Of a DNA stretch of 36,027 bases, positions 1 through 28,411 are shown piece by piece. The stretch lies in contig PS015595.1 in assembly GCA_048213135.1 (NCBI GenBank), positions 1-36,027 on the forward strand, in the 5' to 3' direction. A program made the translations under genes and the position numbers. The DNA is from Reclinomonas americana ATCC 50394 (Eukaryota). The notes under the pieces were generated by a model. It ran no database searches. It saw nothing but the letters and a program-made list of their open reading frames with translations, and was not told where the DNA came from. Each line of letters opens with the position of its first letter. Position 1 is the stretch's first letter.

Positions 1-416
1 ATGTTGAGTGCGAATGATGCTCGGCGAGGGGAGGGCTGTCTCTTCTTGGCATCAAATTGTCTCTTCCGCTTCTCATCTTTCTTGAATTCATTCATGTTCT
101 TGTTGAGTTGATGTTCTTCTTGTGTTTTGTTCTTCATCTCCACATCCTTCGTATCTCACTTTCGACCTCAACTCCCCGTTTATTTCACATCTCGTCTCCT
201 TTCTCTTCGTCCTCTTCCTCTCTTCTTCTGCATCTTCTCCTCCCTCTTTTACTTCTGCATCATTATCTCTTGCCTGTCGTTTGTGTCCAGTGTCATTAGA
301 GTCACGGTTATCTTGTGCCACCCTCCATGTCCCTTTGCATCGGTTTTACAGATTGATTTACGTCTAACATCCGCACCTACATATGTTGCCATTCGCATTC
401 CCACTTGCCCCACCTT

Positions 417-779
417 TTGTTCCCACTCGCTCTGCCCGTTTGTTCCCACTCGCTCTGCCCGTTTGTTCCCACTCGCTCTGCCCGTTTGTTCCCACTCGCT
501 CTGCTCGTTTGTTCCCACACGCTCTGCTCGTTTGTTCCCACTCGCTCTTCTCGTTTGTTCCCACTCGCTCTTCTCGTTTGTTCCCACTCGCTCTTCTCGT
601 TTGTTCCCACTCGCTCTGCTCGTTTGTTCCCACACGCTCTGCTCGTTTGTTCCCACTCGCTCTGCTCGTTTGTTCCCACACGCTCTGCTCGTTTGTTCCC
701 ACTCGCTCTGCTCGTTGTTCCCACACGCTCTGCTCGTTTGTTCCCAGTCGCTCTGCTCATTTGTTCCCACACGCTCTTC
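417..779. repeat. 23-bp minisatellite, unit about TTTGTTCCCACTCGCTCTGCTCG, about 16 copies, ending near an assembly gap
   Basis: TCCCACTCGC recurs at 421, 444, 467 and onward with period 23 and no unique spacers. Confidence 0.95.
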
Positions 780-1477
780 TATATTTCCCNNNNNNNNNNN
801 NNNNNNNNNNNNNNNNNNNNNNNNNNNNNNNNNNNNNNNNNNNNNNNNNNNNNNNNNNNNNNNNNNNNNNNNNNNNNNNNNNNNNNNNNNNNNNNNNNNN
901 NNNNNNNNNNNNNNNNNNNNNNNNNNNNNNNNNNNNNNNNNNNNNNNNNNNNNNNNNNNNNNNNNNNNNNNNNNNNNNNNNNNNNNNNNNNNNNNNNNNN
1001 NNNNNNNNNNNNNNNNNNNNNNNNNNNNNNNNNNNNNNNNNNNNNNNNNNNNNNNNNNNNNNNNNNNNNNNNNNNNNNNNNNNNNNNNNNNNNNNNNNNN
1101 NNNNNNNNNNNNNNNNNNNNNNNNNNNNNNNNNNNNNNNNNNNNNNNNNNNNNNNNNNNNNNNNNNNNNNNNNNNNNNNNNNNNNNNNNNNNNNNNNNNN
1201 NNNNNNNNNNNNNNNNNNNNNNNNNNNNNNNNNNNNNNNNNNNNNNNNNNNNNNNNNNNNNNNNNNNNNNNNNNNNNNNNNNNNNNNNNNNNNNNNNNNN
1301 NNNNNNNNNNNNNNNNNNNNNNNNNNNNNNNNNNNNNNNNNNNNNNNNNNNNNNNNNNNNNNNNNNNNNNNNNNNNNNNNNNNNNNNNNNNNNNNNNNNN
1401 NNNNNNNNNNNNNNNNNNNNNNNNNNNNNNNNNNNNNNNNNNNNNNNNNNNNNNNNNNNNNNNNNNNNNNNNNNNNN

Positions 1478-3700
1478 CTCGGTCTCCGCACTGCTGCTGG
1501 CCCTCGCCTCTGGCGTGCTCACCTACATGCTGCCGCTGCCACCCATCGATCGCGGATTCGGGCCATTCGATGTTGCGCGCTCACCGATCGTCGAAGGTGC
1601 TCTTCTTCTTCTTCATTGTTGTCTCACTCACCCCGCATCACACAGACCGGCTTCCACGAGGCGACCATCACCGACGCAAACGGCCACTCGCACGTTGTCC
1701 GCGTGTACTACCCGAGCGATTATGAGGACGAGCACCGCGTTCTCCTGGCGCGCTATCCGACACCGTACTTCACGCATGGAGTGCGGACTGCGGTGCGTGG
1801 CTACACAGCAGCTCAAGGGGCGGTGGTCCATGCCCTCTTCCCTTCCCCTTCTCCCTTTCCCCCTTGTCCCCCTTTTCCTTTCTCATCCCTTTCCCTTCCA
1901 CCCCCTTCAGCGCGCTCTGGCTTCCTTCGCCAAGCTCCCCGCCTTCGTGTTCGAACACCTGCGACTGCTCGACCTGCCATCTCTTCGCGGCTCTCCCATG
2001 GTAGAGTTTGGTCGCGGCGTGCGACCCGCCCTGCCTGTCGTCCTCTTCTCGCACGGCCTCGGCGGCAATCGCGACATGTGCGTCTCGTCAACCGTCAATC
2101 TCCATCATCATCATCATCATCGTCACCCTAATCCTCCTTCTCCTAGTTACGCCTCTGCGGTGCTGAATCTCGCCTCGCACGGCTTCATTGTCATTGTGCT
2201 GGAACACAATGATGGATCCGCGTCGCTGACCGTTCAGCTGGACGGAACGCACACTCCATACCGGCCACTCACTGCCGAGGAGGCGGCCGATAAGGTTGTG
2301 TGCAAAAAAGGACCGAAAAACTGTGGATGCTGACGCTGATGGTGCCTCGCACAGACACTGGAAGCCGCCGTACGACGCGGTCAGCTGCTGCAGCGCGTGG
2401 CCGAGGTGGAGTCGACCCTGGACTGCGTTCACGAGTGGACCGCAGGGCGGATGGGCCGTGCCAAAGCTGACGTGACCGACGAAGTGTGGCTGGCCATGTT
2501 CACGGGGCGTCTCAACACGAATCGCGTGGGCGTTGCGTGGCGCACCTGAGTGACTGGAAGGGTGCATACATTGATAGACGTCTGCGCAGATTTTCGGCCA
2601 CAGCTTTGGCGCCTCGACGGCGTTCTTGGCGGCCGCCAAGGACGAGCGCATTCATTGCAGTGTGATTATGGTGAGCATGTGCACTTGGTGACTCTCTGTC
2701 TTCTCTGTTTCCTCATTTCGCCTTGTGCAACACAGGATATCTGGTATCTTCCGTTGGTGAGTCTGAGTCTGCCGGCTTGCACCATTCGTTCTCCCTCACC
2801 CTTCCAACTCACCGTGATGTGCAGCTCGACCCCGCCTCGCCTGACACGATGCCGGTACCGCCAAAGGTTTGCACGAAGCTTCCCTCCTCTCTCTCTCTCA
2901 TGCATACAGAAGCACACATTCGTACTCGTCTACTCTTGCCCGCAAGCGAAGACACCTTCGCTCTCTTCTCCCTCCTTTCCCTCCCTCTCCTCTCCTCTCC
3001 TCTCCTCTCCTCTCCTCTCCTTCCCTCTCCCTCCCTCTCACCCATCCCTCTCCTTCTCCTCTTGCAGACACCGATGCTGCTGATGCAAAGTGAAGCATGG
3101 CTCCGATGGAAGATCAACCACGAATTCTCCGAGCGAGTCGCACAGATGGCGCCTCGTGCTTCGTTCTTGGTGTGTGTGTGATGTTTGTATGTTGTTGTCC
3201 TTTTCTGCTATCGTGCTCCTCACTCGCTGCCTGCAGACTATTGCCGAAACCGGCCACCAGGTATTGACACATCTCTGTCTCCCTCCTCTCCTCGTCCGTC
3301 GTTCCACTCACCTTTGCTGTGTTGCAGAACTTTTCCGATTTCCCGCTCTTTGGTAATCTCTTTCACCTCTCTCTCTTCTTTCTTGCCTCCCACCCCGCAT
3401 CTCACCCTTGCCGATCACCCCCGAATAGGCGAAACGATCCAGCGACGCATGCGCCTGGCTGGCAACATTTCCGCGCGGCGTGCGCTGGAAATCGCCAACG
3501 ACTTTACGTGCAGCTTCTTCCGCTGGTGCCTGCTCAACGACGCCAGCAACTGCGTGCTGCTGCCGAATCCGCCGACCGATCCACAAATCTTGTGGCACTC
3601 ACACAATCTGCGTGTCGAGGTGCCTGGCGGTGAGGGAGCGGCGGCGGAAGCAACAGCAGCCGCATCTCCATCGTCCGAGTCAGAAAATCCTCCACGATAG
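1478..3700 (+). CDS. PAF-acetylhydrolase / Lp-PLA2-like alpha/beta hydrolase (5' end in gap; 11 visible introns)
   Basis: Inferred introns: 1572-1645, 1793-1910, 2078-2146, 2295-2354, 2532-2589, 2671-2735, 2757-2824, 2867-3067, 3170-3236, 3261-3327, 3353-3428. The spliced product is open and contains VRVYYP, PVVLFSHGLGGNRDIY, LASHGFIVIVLEHNDGSA, nucleophile IFGHSFGA, MDIW (Asp) and TGHQNFSDFP (His). These are characteristic PAF-AH family motifs. Stop TAG at 3698-3700. There is an N-terminal hydrophobic segment (SALLLALASGVLTYMLP). Confidence 0.9.
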
Positions 3701-3736
3701 AAACCACTCAATGCAAAACATGTGTTGTCTACAATG

Positions 3737-20252
<16,516 letters not shown>

Positions 20253-21420
20253 CGACCAACCTGTCTCACTCTCTCTCTTGAGTGTGAGTGCACCTGTGCG
20301 CGCGTCAAGTGGTCGGAGAATGATTTGACTGGCCAATGCGTTCACTGACCGAACAGTGAGTCAGTGAGTCGTCTCGCTGGCAAGTTGATTGACAGCAGCC
20401 CACATGCAAACCGCAGCTGCGTTGGTGCGTATGTGCGATAGTCTGTGTGCGGTGAAGATCGCAGTTCTCGAGCTGCTCGACGTTCCGAGAGCGAATTCGA
20501 ACACACACATGTACACGCAAGAGAACCTGCTGCTGCTTTCTCGACTGGTTGGGAGTTGGTCAGCAAGACAGCTGTTGCTTTGGTGGAATGAATTGTTGCT
20601 ACACAAACGCAACGCAATCAACCATGGCGCCGGCATGCGCAGCAGCATTTTTGTATGTGTGTTCGGATTTCTCTACTCCCGAGTCCTAGCGTTGAGTGGC
20701 ACGCACGTCCAGGCCTCAACATGTCCGCGCCGATTATGGCGCCAGATTGAGAGATCACCCTATGGCCGAAGACGAGGCTTGCAGTGCGCGTTTGGCTGTG
20801 CTGAAGAGTCGTTGGCTGCTTGCGGCTCCGAATCCTCATTGCGACGATTCGACAACTTGGTGGCGTCTCTTGCAGGCAAACGCGCTGCGCAGCAGCTGCC
20901 ATTGCCCTGTTGCTTCGATGCCCCCCGCCCCCACTGGGCTGTGTGCATCGTTATCTCTCCGCACAGACGTGAAGCACGCGATTCCTGTCGACAATCAAGG
21001 CGCACAGATGCCGTTACCCTTTGCTGTTGTTGCCGCAATGCCACTCCACATGACTGTGTTCATCGCCAAGCACACCAATGCGAAGCACATAACGCCAAGT
21101 CCTACAAACGCGGTGTGGCAGGTGCTGTTGCCCTGTTGCTGTCGCATCGATGCCACTTCTCACCGCTGCATATATCGCACACCAACGCGAAAAAAGCGAC
21201 GCCGGGTCCTTCGCGCAGTTATTGTTGCCCTGTTGCCGTCGCAACGATCCCACCCCACTCGGGGGAGCATATCACTATCTCCCCACATGCAACGCGAAGC
21301 AAGCTAACAAAGACAGCACGTCAGCAAGCACGACCGTAACTGCCATCCCTCTAATCTCCCCTTCCAATGCCACTTGTCGACAAAACAGTTGAGTTTTACA
21401 CGGCGCGCTCTTTCTTCCGC

Positions 21421-22872
21421 TCACGGTAACATGGTTCCCTTCGACGAGTCTAGTGACTCGGAATAACTTCGTAAGAACATGGCGCAGTACGAGGCCCCCA
21501 CCTGCGCAAATCACAAGACTCGGTGTCAGGGCCAGAGAAGCGACAGACAATGGAAGAGAGAGAGAGCGCAACTTGGATGAACGACACCACAAAGAAGAGC
21601 ACCAGGGCCCAGATGAGGACCGAGGTTGTGCGATCGCACAGCTCCTTGGGTGGGGCGCGGCAGCCGGTGCCCTGGAGCGAGGTGAGGAAACTGGAAAGAA
21701 GAATGGAGCAGGAGAGAAGGGAACAGCACCTGCAGATTGTCCCACGTGCATGTGTTGGATGCGGCGCACGCCAGGACGTCGCAGCGGCGGAAACTGCAAG
21801 TGGGGGAAAGGCAGTTAGTCGGGGCAGCATTCAANNNNNNNNNNNNNNNNNNNNNNNNNNNNNNNNNNNNNNNNNNNNNNNNNNNNNNNNNNNNNNNNNN
21901 NNNNNNNNNNNNNNNNNNNNNNNNNNNNNNNNNNNNNNNNNNNNNNNNNNNNNNNNNNNNNNNNNNNNNNNNNNNNNNNNNNNNNNNNNNNNNNTATTTG
22001 AATAAATGCTCCCACAGTGATGGACCCCATGGTGGGTGCCGTGTACTTCGGCAAGCTGGATACTCTCGCTGCACACTCGCTCTCTCACGCACACGCACTC
22101 GCTCTCTCCAATATTCCTTGTGCGTGTGTGCATCTCTCACGTTCTCTCTCTCTCTATTTCGAGAGGAGGTGGGAAGGGGAGAGACAAAGGTAACGGAAGA
22201 GCAGGGAAGGAAGCGTCGACACAGACAAGAATTACATGAATGTGAATTGCATTGAATAAAAGGAGACGAGCGCGCGAGCATACGCACATCGATCTCTGCC
22301 TCTCTTCTCACTCTCTCTCAATGTCTCTGCCTCTCTCTCCCTCTCTTCACCCCCACCACCCTCACCTCGTCTGGTTAATGTCACACCCGACCGTCATCAC
22401 TGCCAGCAGCACGAACAAGCTGCTGACAAAGATGCAGAGGGCGAGGATGCAGCACAAGAAATACTGCAAGAGCGAATCACATGAGGTGAGGAAAGAGAAC
22501 GATGAGAGCGTAGTCGCCGCCGCCGAACGCAACATACAGCAGCATGTTGGCGTGTTTTCTGTGGGCGCCGATAATGCCGAGGATGGTCGGTAGTATGATG
22601 GTGACGCCTGTACGCACGAGCACATGAGCTCACGACTCGAAGAGACAAAGCGGAACGAGAAGACGTACGACGCACCCGCAATGATACCGGCAATGAGACC
22701 AATCTTCTTGGCGCCGGCGAATATTACGAGTCCAATACCAAGGCCGCCGATGACCTGCGTGGAGGGGAAGAGAGGATGAGGGAAAGGGAGGGAAGAGAAA
22801 GGATGCCGTGGAGTCACGTTCACTGCATTCAGACAACGCATGACTCCAACGAGGTTTCCCAGAGGAGGGAAG

Positions 22873-22928
<56 letters not shown>

Positions 22929-24971
22929 TGNNNNNNNNNNNNNNNNNNNNNNNNNNNNNNNNNNNNNNNNNNNNNNNNNNNNNNNNNNNNNNNNNNNNNN
23001 NNNNNNNNNNNNNNNNNNNNNNNNNNNNNNNNNNNNNNNNNNNNNNNNNNNNNNNNNNNNNNNNNNNNNNNNNNNNNNNNNNNNNNNNNNNNNNNNNNNN
23101 NNNNNNNNNNNNNNNNNNNNNNNNNNNNNNNNNNNNNNNNNNNNNNNNNNNNNNNNNNNNNNNNNNNNNNNNNNNNNNNNNNNNNNNNNNNNNNNNNNNN
23201 NNNNNNNNNNNNNNNNNNNNNNNNNNNNNNNNNNNNNNNNNNNNNNNNNNNNNNNNNNNNNNNNNNNNNNNNNNNNNNNNNNNNNNNNNNNNNNNNNNNN
23301 NNNNNNNNNNNNNNNNNNNNNNNNNNNNNNNNNNNNNNNNNNNNNNNNNNNNNNNNNNNNNNNNNNNNNNNNNNNNNNNNNNNNNNNNNNNNNNNNNNNN
23401 NNNNNNNNNNNNNNNNNNNNNNNNNNNNNNNNNNNNNNNNNNNNNNNNNNNNNNNNNNNNNNNNNNNNNNNNNNNNNNNNNNNNNNNNNNNNNNNNNNNN
23501 NNNNNNNNNNNNNNNNNNNNNNNNNNNNNNNNNNNNNNNNNNNNNNNNNNNNNNNNNNNNNNNNNNNNNNNNNNNNNNNNNNNNNNNNNNNNNNNNNNNN
23601 NNNNNNNNNNNNNNNNNNNNNNNNNNNNNNNNNNNNNNNNNNNNNNNNNNNNNNNNNNNNNNNNNNNNNNNNNNNNNNNNNNNNNNNNNNNNNNNNNNNN
23701 NNNNNNNNNNNNNNNNNNNNNNNNNNNNNNNNNNNNNNNNNNNNNNNNNNNNNNNNNNNNNNNNNNNNNNNNNNNNNNNNNNNNNNNNNNNNNNNNNNNN
23801 NNNNNNNNNNNNNNNNNNNNNNNNNNNNNNNNNNNNNNNNNNNNNNNNNNNNNNNNNNNNNNNNNNNNNNNNNNNNNNNNNNNNNNGAAATGAAGAGAAC
23901 GAATCACCACAGAGACACCGAATCATCTCATAGAGAGTGACAAGTGAGACGAGAAAGAGACAAGTGAGGAGAGAAGAGCAACAGTAAGCGAGTCAAGATC
24001 GTGCACCTCTCACTCTCAAACCACTCAATCACAGTGCACCTCTCCTCCACTAGATGACGAGCGAATCATCAGAGCCGAGAAAGAGAGTGCGGGAGAAAAG
24101 TGAAAAGAGAGAGAAGAGTGACAAGTGAAAGAGAGAGAGAGAGAGACAAACAAGAGACAAGCAAGACTGCGCGCACCTCATACACGTCTCTAACTCTCCT
24201 CCACGAGCACCCGTTACGTACAGAGACAGACAAGAGAGACAAGAGAGAACGGAGACTGCACATATGCCAAGCCCCCTTCTCCATTCCTGCTTGTCTCACT
24301 CGTTACACATCATTCTCTCACAGACACTCTCATCGCAGAGGAAAGACAAGAGAGAGAAACAAGCAACCTCATACACGCTCTCACGTGTGATGATGAGTGA
24401 ATCACCCGTTACACATCATTCTCTCGAAGACACGGTCATCTCAGAGACAAGAGAGAAAGTGACATGTGAGATGCGTGTGTGAGAGAGAGACAAGCACGAC
24501 TGCGCGCACCTCAAGTCCCTGCACGCCCTCACTCCCAAACCATTCAGTCACAGCACACTTCTCCACAAGTGAGTGAATCACCGTTACACATAGTCGCTCA
24601 CTCAACTCGTCTCAGAGACAGACAAGAGAGAGAGAGAGAGAGAGACAGAGAAGAGTGCCCTTCTCCACTCCTGCTTCTCTCACTCGTTACACATCATTCT
24701 CTCACAGACACTCTTATCGCAGAGGAAAGACAAGAGAGAGAAACAAGAGACAAGCAACCTCACACACTGATGATAAGTGAATCACCGTTACACATTGTCG
24801 CTCACACACTCTCATCTCCCTCTCTCTCTCCCTCCCCTTCACTCTCTTCTCCTCTTCTTACGCAACAATCTGCACCGAGGCCATACAATAGAGAAACGCC
24901 TGATACTTCCACACACGACGACCGCGACCGGCCTTTGCGCCATTGTTCCCAAACGACGATCCTCTTCCCAT
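21421..24971 (-). CDS. Tetraspanin-like 4-TM protein with a Cys-rich large extracellular loop
   Basis: Exons: 24971-24867 (MGRGSSFGNNGAKAGRGRRVWKYQAFLYCMASVQI); 22754-22676 (VIGGLGIGLVIFAGAKKIGLIAGIIA); 22607-22534 (GVTIILPTILGIIGAHRKHANMLLY); about 22463-22366 (YFLCCILALCIFVSSLFVLLAVMTVGCD); a gap-interrupted loop (LPKYTAPTMG...FRRCDVLACAASNTCTWDNLQ GTGCRAPPKELCDR); TM4 VLIWALVLFFVVSFIQ|VGASYCAMFL; stop TGA at 21421-21423. The GxxGA-basic-LLxYF pattern across TM2-TM3 is typical of tetraspanins. No CCG motif is visible, but part of the loop lies in a gap. Confidence 0.7.
23930..24800. repeat. Degenerate nested repeats in intron 1 of the tetraspanin-like gene
   Basis: AGTGAATCAC(C)CGTTACACAT at about 24396, 24572 and 24776. 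A ~60-bp block CTCACTCGTTACACATCATTCTCTCACAGACACTCT...GAGGAAAGACAAGAG occurs at about 24295 and 24679. Confidence 0.8.
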
Positions 24972-26751
24972 CTTCTCTCTCACACACACTCACAGTGAGA
25001 CACACTCACTCACTCGCTCTCACTCGCACAACTCACACGTGCGCGCTCTGTCTGTGTGAGTGTGTGAGTTGATTTCGCGCGTTTTTTGGCTCGGATATCC
25101 GTTCGAGTGCTCGCGCGCGCGTTTTTTGTCGCATACCTCTCTTCGTGCGTGGGCTGTGCGCCTGATATGCACGCACAGACGACATGAGGCATCCGCGCTG
25201 CTCTCTGTCTGCCTCTCGAGCTCACACACACAAAAAATCGATATCGCCGTGCTGCTAATTCCTTTGCGCAGTTTGCATACGCACGAGATGGTTGGCGCTC
25301 CAGTGCGTGTGTGCGTGTGTGCGTGCGTGAGTTGCAGATTGATTCGCGCGCTTTTCTGCTCGGAAATATGTGCTGGTCGACATCGACACGGAAATCGAAC
25401 GCGCCTGTTTCTTTGCTTTTTCTAGCTCTTCCTGCGTTTTCCTTGTGCGTACGCGCATGTACGCCTCTTCTCACGCACGCTGCAGACATCAGGCACGGTG
25501 AAATGAGCGATTTTTGCCAAGTCGACTTGGAAATAAGTTCGAGAAAAAGCCGTTCACTTCACTTTCCTTGCTCTATCTTCGTTGGTCTTGTACGTGCACC
25601 GGTGTGTGCCTCTTTCCACGCTCCCTGCAGACGGTCAAATGAGCGATTTTTGCCAAATCGACGCGTACGTCGACATGAAAACCAAATTCGAACAAGCGCT
25701 GTCTCCTCACTTGCTGCGCTTTGCCTTCTTCTTCTTCTTCTTGCTCGCTTTGTCGCACACTCTCTAGTTTCTCACCTCCCCTCCACTTCTCAAGTATCAT
25801 GATTTTCCACCAAGTCGACCGTCGACATCGACCCCGCGCGAGCCACGCACTCACGCACGCTCAATCACAAACGCACACACTCTTCCCTCTTTCCCTCTTC
25901 CCTCACCACTCGCCTTTCACCACCACCACTGGCGAGAGAATCGCCACTCACGGTTTATCGTTTTCCAGCAATTGTCTCTGTCTGCCTCTCTGTCTCTCTG
26001 TCTCTGTCNNNNNNNNNNNNNNNNNNNNNNNNNNNNNNNNNNNNNNNNNNNNNNNNNNNNNNNNNNNNNNNNNNNNNNNNNNNNNNNNNNNNNNNNNNNN
26101 NNNNNNNNNNNNNNNNNNNNNNNNNNNNNNNNNNNNNNNNNNNNNNNNNNNNNNNNNNNNNNNNNNNNNNNNNNNNNNNNNNNNNNNNNNNNNNNNNNNN
26201 NNNNNNNNNNNNNNNNNNNNNNNNNNNNNNNNNNNNNNNNNNNNNNNNNNNNNNNNNNNNNNNNNNNNNNNNNNNNNNNNNNNNNNNNNNNNNNNNNNNN
26301 NNNNNNNNNNNNNNNNNNNNNNNNNNNNNNNNNNNNNNNNNNNNNNNNNNNNNNNNNNNNNNNNNNNNNNNNNNNNNNNNNNNNNNNNNNNNNNNNNNNN
26401 NNNNNNNNNNNNNNNNNNNNNNNNNNNNNNNNNNNNNNNNNNNNNNNNNNNNNNNNNNNNNNNNNNNNNNNNNNNNNNNNNNNNNNNNNNNNNNNNNNNN
26501 NNNNNNNNNNNNNNNNNNNNNNNNNNNNNNNNNNNNNNNNNNNNNNNNNNNNNNNNNNNNNNNNNNNNNNNNNNNNNNNNNNNNNNNNNNNNNNNNNNNN
26601 NNNNNNNNNNNNNNNNNNNNNNNNNNNNNNNNNNNNNNNNNNNNNNNNNNNNNNNNNNNNNNNNNNNNNNNNNNNNNNNNNNNNNNNNNNNNNNNNNNNN
26701 NNNNNNNNNNNNNNNNNNNNNNNNNNNNNNNNNNNNNNNNNNNNNNNNNNN

Positions 26752-26979
26752 GGCCAGCTGCGGGACAATGTCGCCGCCGCCGCTCGACGCCGCCGGCGAC
26801 TGCATGGGCGTGGTGGCGCGGGACGAGGAGGCCGACAGCGCAATGTTCTCCTGCACCAGTCGGTTGTGCGACGACGGTTTGAACGAGGTGGGCACGGGCG
26901 TGGTGAATTCGCCTTCGGTGGCGGTCGGGTCGCGACGTGGAGCCTTGCGCGGCTTGGTGGGCGCCGGTGCACAAAACAT
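26752..26979 (-). CDS. N-terminal coding fragment of an unknown Ser/Pro-rich protein (contig possibly misoriented)
   Basis: ATG at 26979 follows a UTR-like leader. It begins a GC-rich open frame MFCAPAPTKPRKAPRRDPTATEGEFTTPVPTSFKPSSHNRLVQENIA... that runs into a gap. Confidence 0.6.
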
Positions 26980-27507
26980 TCTCTTTTCTTTACACACACG
27001 GACTTCTTCTCCTCTCACACACTTCTTTCGAAAACGATAAGCGGGGAAAAACGGTTTGAAAAGGAGCGGAGGGGGACAGAGACGGGCATCAAGAGACANN
27101 NNNNNNNNNNNNNNNNNNNNNNNNNNNNNNNNNNNNNNNNNNNNNNNNNNNNNNNNNNNNNNNNNNNNNNNNNNNNNNNNNNNNNNNNNNNNNNNNNNNN
27201 NNNNNNNNNNNNNNNNNNNNNNNNNNNNNNNNNNNNNNNNNNNNNNNNNNNNNNNNNNNNNNNNNNNNNNNNNNNNNNNNNNNNNNNNNNNNNNNNNNNN
27301 NNNNNNNNNNNNNNNNNNNNNNNNNNNNNNNNNNNNNNNNNNNNNNNNNNNNNNNNNNNNNNNNNNNNNNNNNNNNNNNNNNNNNNNNNNNNNNNNNNNN
27401 NNNNNNNNNNNNNNNNNNNNNNNNNNNNNNNNNNNNNNNNNNNNNNNNNNNNNNNNNNNNNNNNNNNNNNNNNNNNNNNNNNNNNNNNNNNNNNNNNNNN
27501 NNNNNNA

Positions 27508-28411
27508 AGCAACTGCGCGAGCGCGCCTCGTCTGTGACGCGATCACGGCGGCAGTCGGCGCCTCTGGTCACCGAGTACACAACGAGTGTGCCGAGCACGT
27601 TTTCGCCGTCGTCGTTCCACGTCATGGCCAAGCAGAACATTGCGCGCGCGCAGGAGCTGAATCGTTTGACGGCATCGACGCCGGTGCCTGGAGCCACGGA
27701 CAATGGCGGCTCGAGTGGCGATGACGGGTCGAGCTCGCGACGCGGACACAAGGTGCACAGTACCGCCGGTAATGTGTGGGATCGCCTGCAGACCGACGCG
27801 AGTAAGTGGATCGACAGCAAGCGACGGGCGTCGACGGCGGCACTGACGCCGACGTCGTCGGCGCCGGGATCGCCACAAATGTCCGCCGGATCGCCCGAGG
27901 CAAGCCCTGGTGCGTCGTCACCGTCGGTCAGTTTCATGACAAGACGATTTACATTGTACTGTTTGTCTCGGTGTATTGATTGCTGACTTGCGTGTGTGAA
28001 CCAACAACAGCACACTCTGGGCAAACGAAGGCTGGTCTTCCGCGCCCCCCTTCTCGCCGTGGATCTGCATGCCGGGCGACGCTCATCCAGCCCTTCTATA
28101 CCCGCAATGGTTGTGTGCAGACCACGGCCCTACGGGAGAGCGATTTGATGGCCGACGGCGACGAGCGGGCGGCGGCGGTGGCGGCGGCGTTGCGGAGCAG
28201 CGAGGATGAGCATGAGCGGCGTTTCAATCCGTGGCATCAGTCGTCGGCGTTTGATGAGGTGTTGAAGCATCCGCGTGGCTCCTTCTCCAAGGAGCCGCGG
28301 TTTGGACGCGAGGCACCAATCGTGACACCGTGCCGCGCCCGCTCACCCTCTCCTGGCCCCCTCTCTCGTTTCTCTGCAATTGCAATGGCTGGCAGCAGCA
28401 GCATGGTGTGA
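27508..28411 (+). CDS. C-terminal part of an unknown low-complexity Ser/Pro/Arg-rich protein
   Basis: GC-rich open frame from the gap edge. Intron 27910-28010 (GTGCGT...CAACAG) joins ...SPEASP to AHSGQTKAGLPRPPSRR... Stop TGA at 28409-28411. Confidence 0.65.

Noticed and set aside
1-400. Short charged ORFs such as 88-321 (-)
   Set aside because: Compositionally biased sequence with no recognisable motif or supported splice structure.
417-779. CRISPR-like array, or repeat-protein ORFs on both strands
   Set aside because: The units are contiguous with no unique spacers, no cas genes are present and the context is eukaryotic. The ORFs arise because the repeat unit contains no stop codons.
1572-1649. 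Non-canonical (non GT-AG) intron boundaries at the GTTGCG sites
   Set aside because: Reading frame is preserved with a standard GT-AG cut in every case. Cutting one base later breaks the frame.
20389-21339. Long ORFs 20389-21339 and 20696-21307 (+)
   Set aside because: No domain-like content or clear codon bias, and they overlap a degenerate repeat. A gene cannot be excluded but is unsupported.
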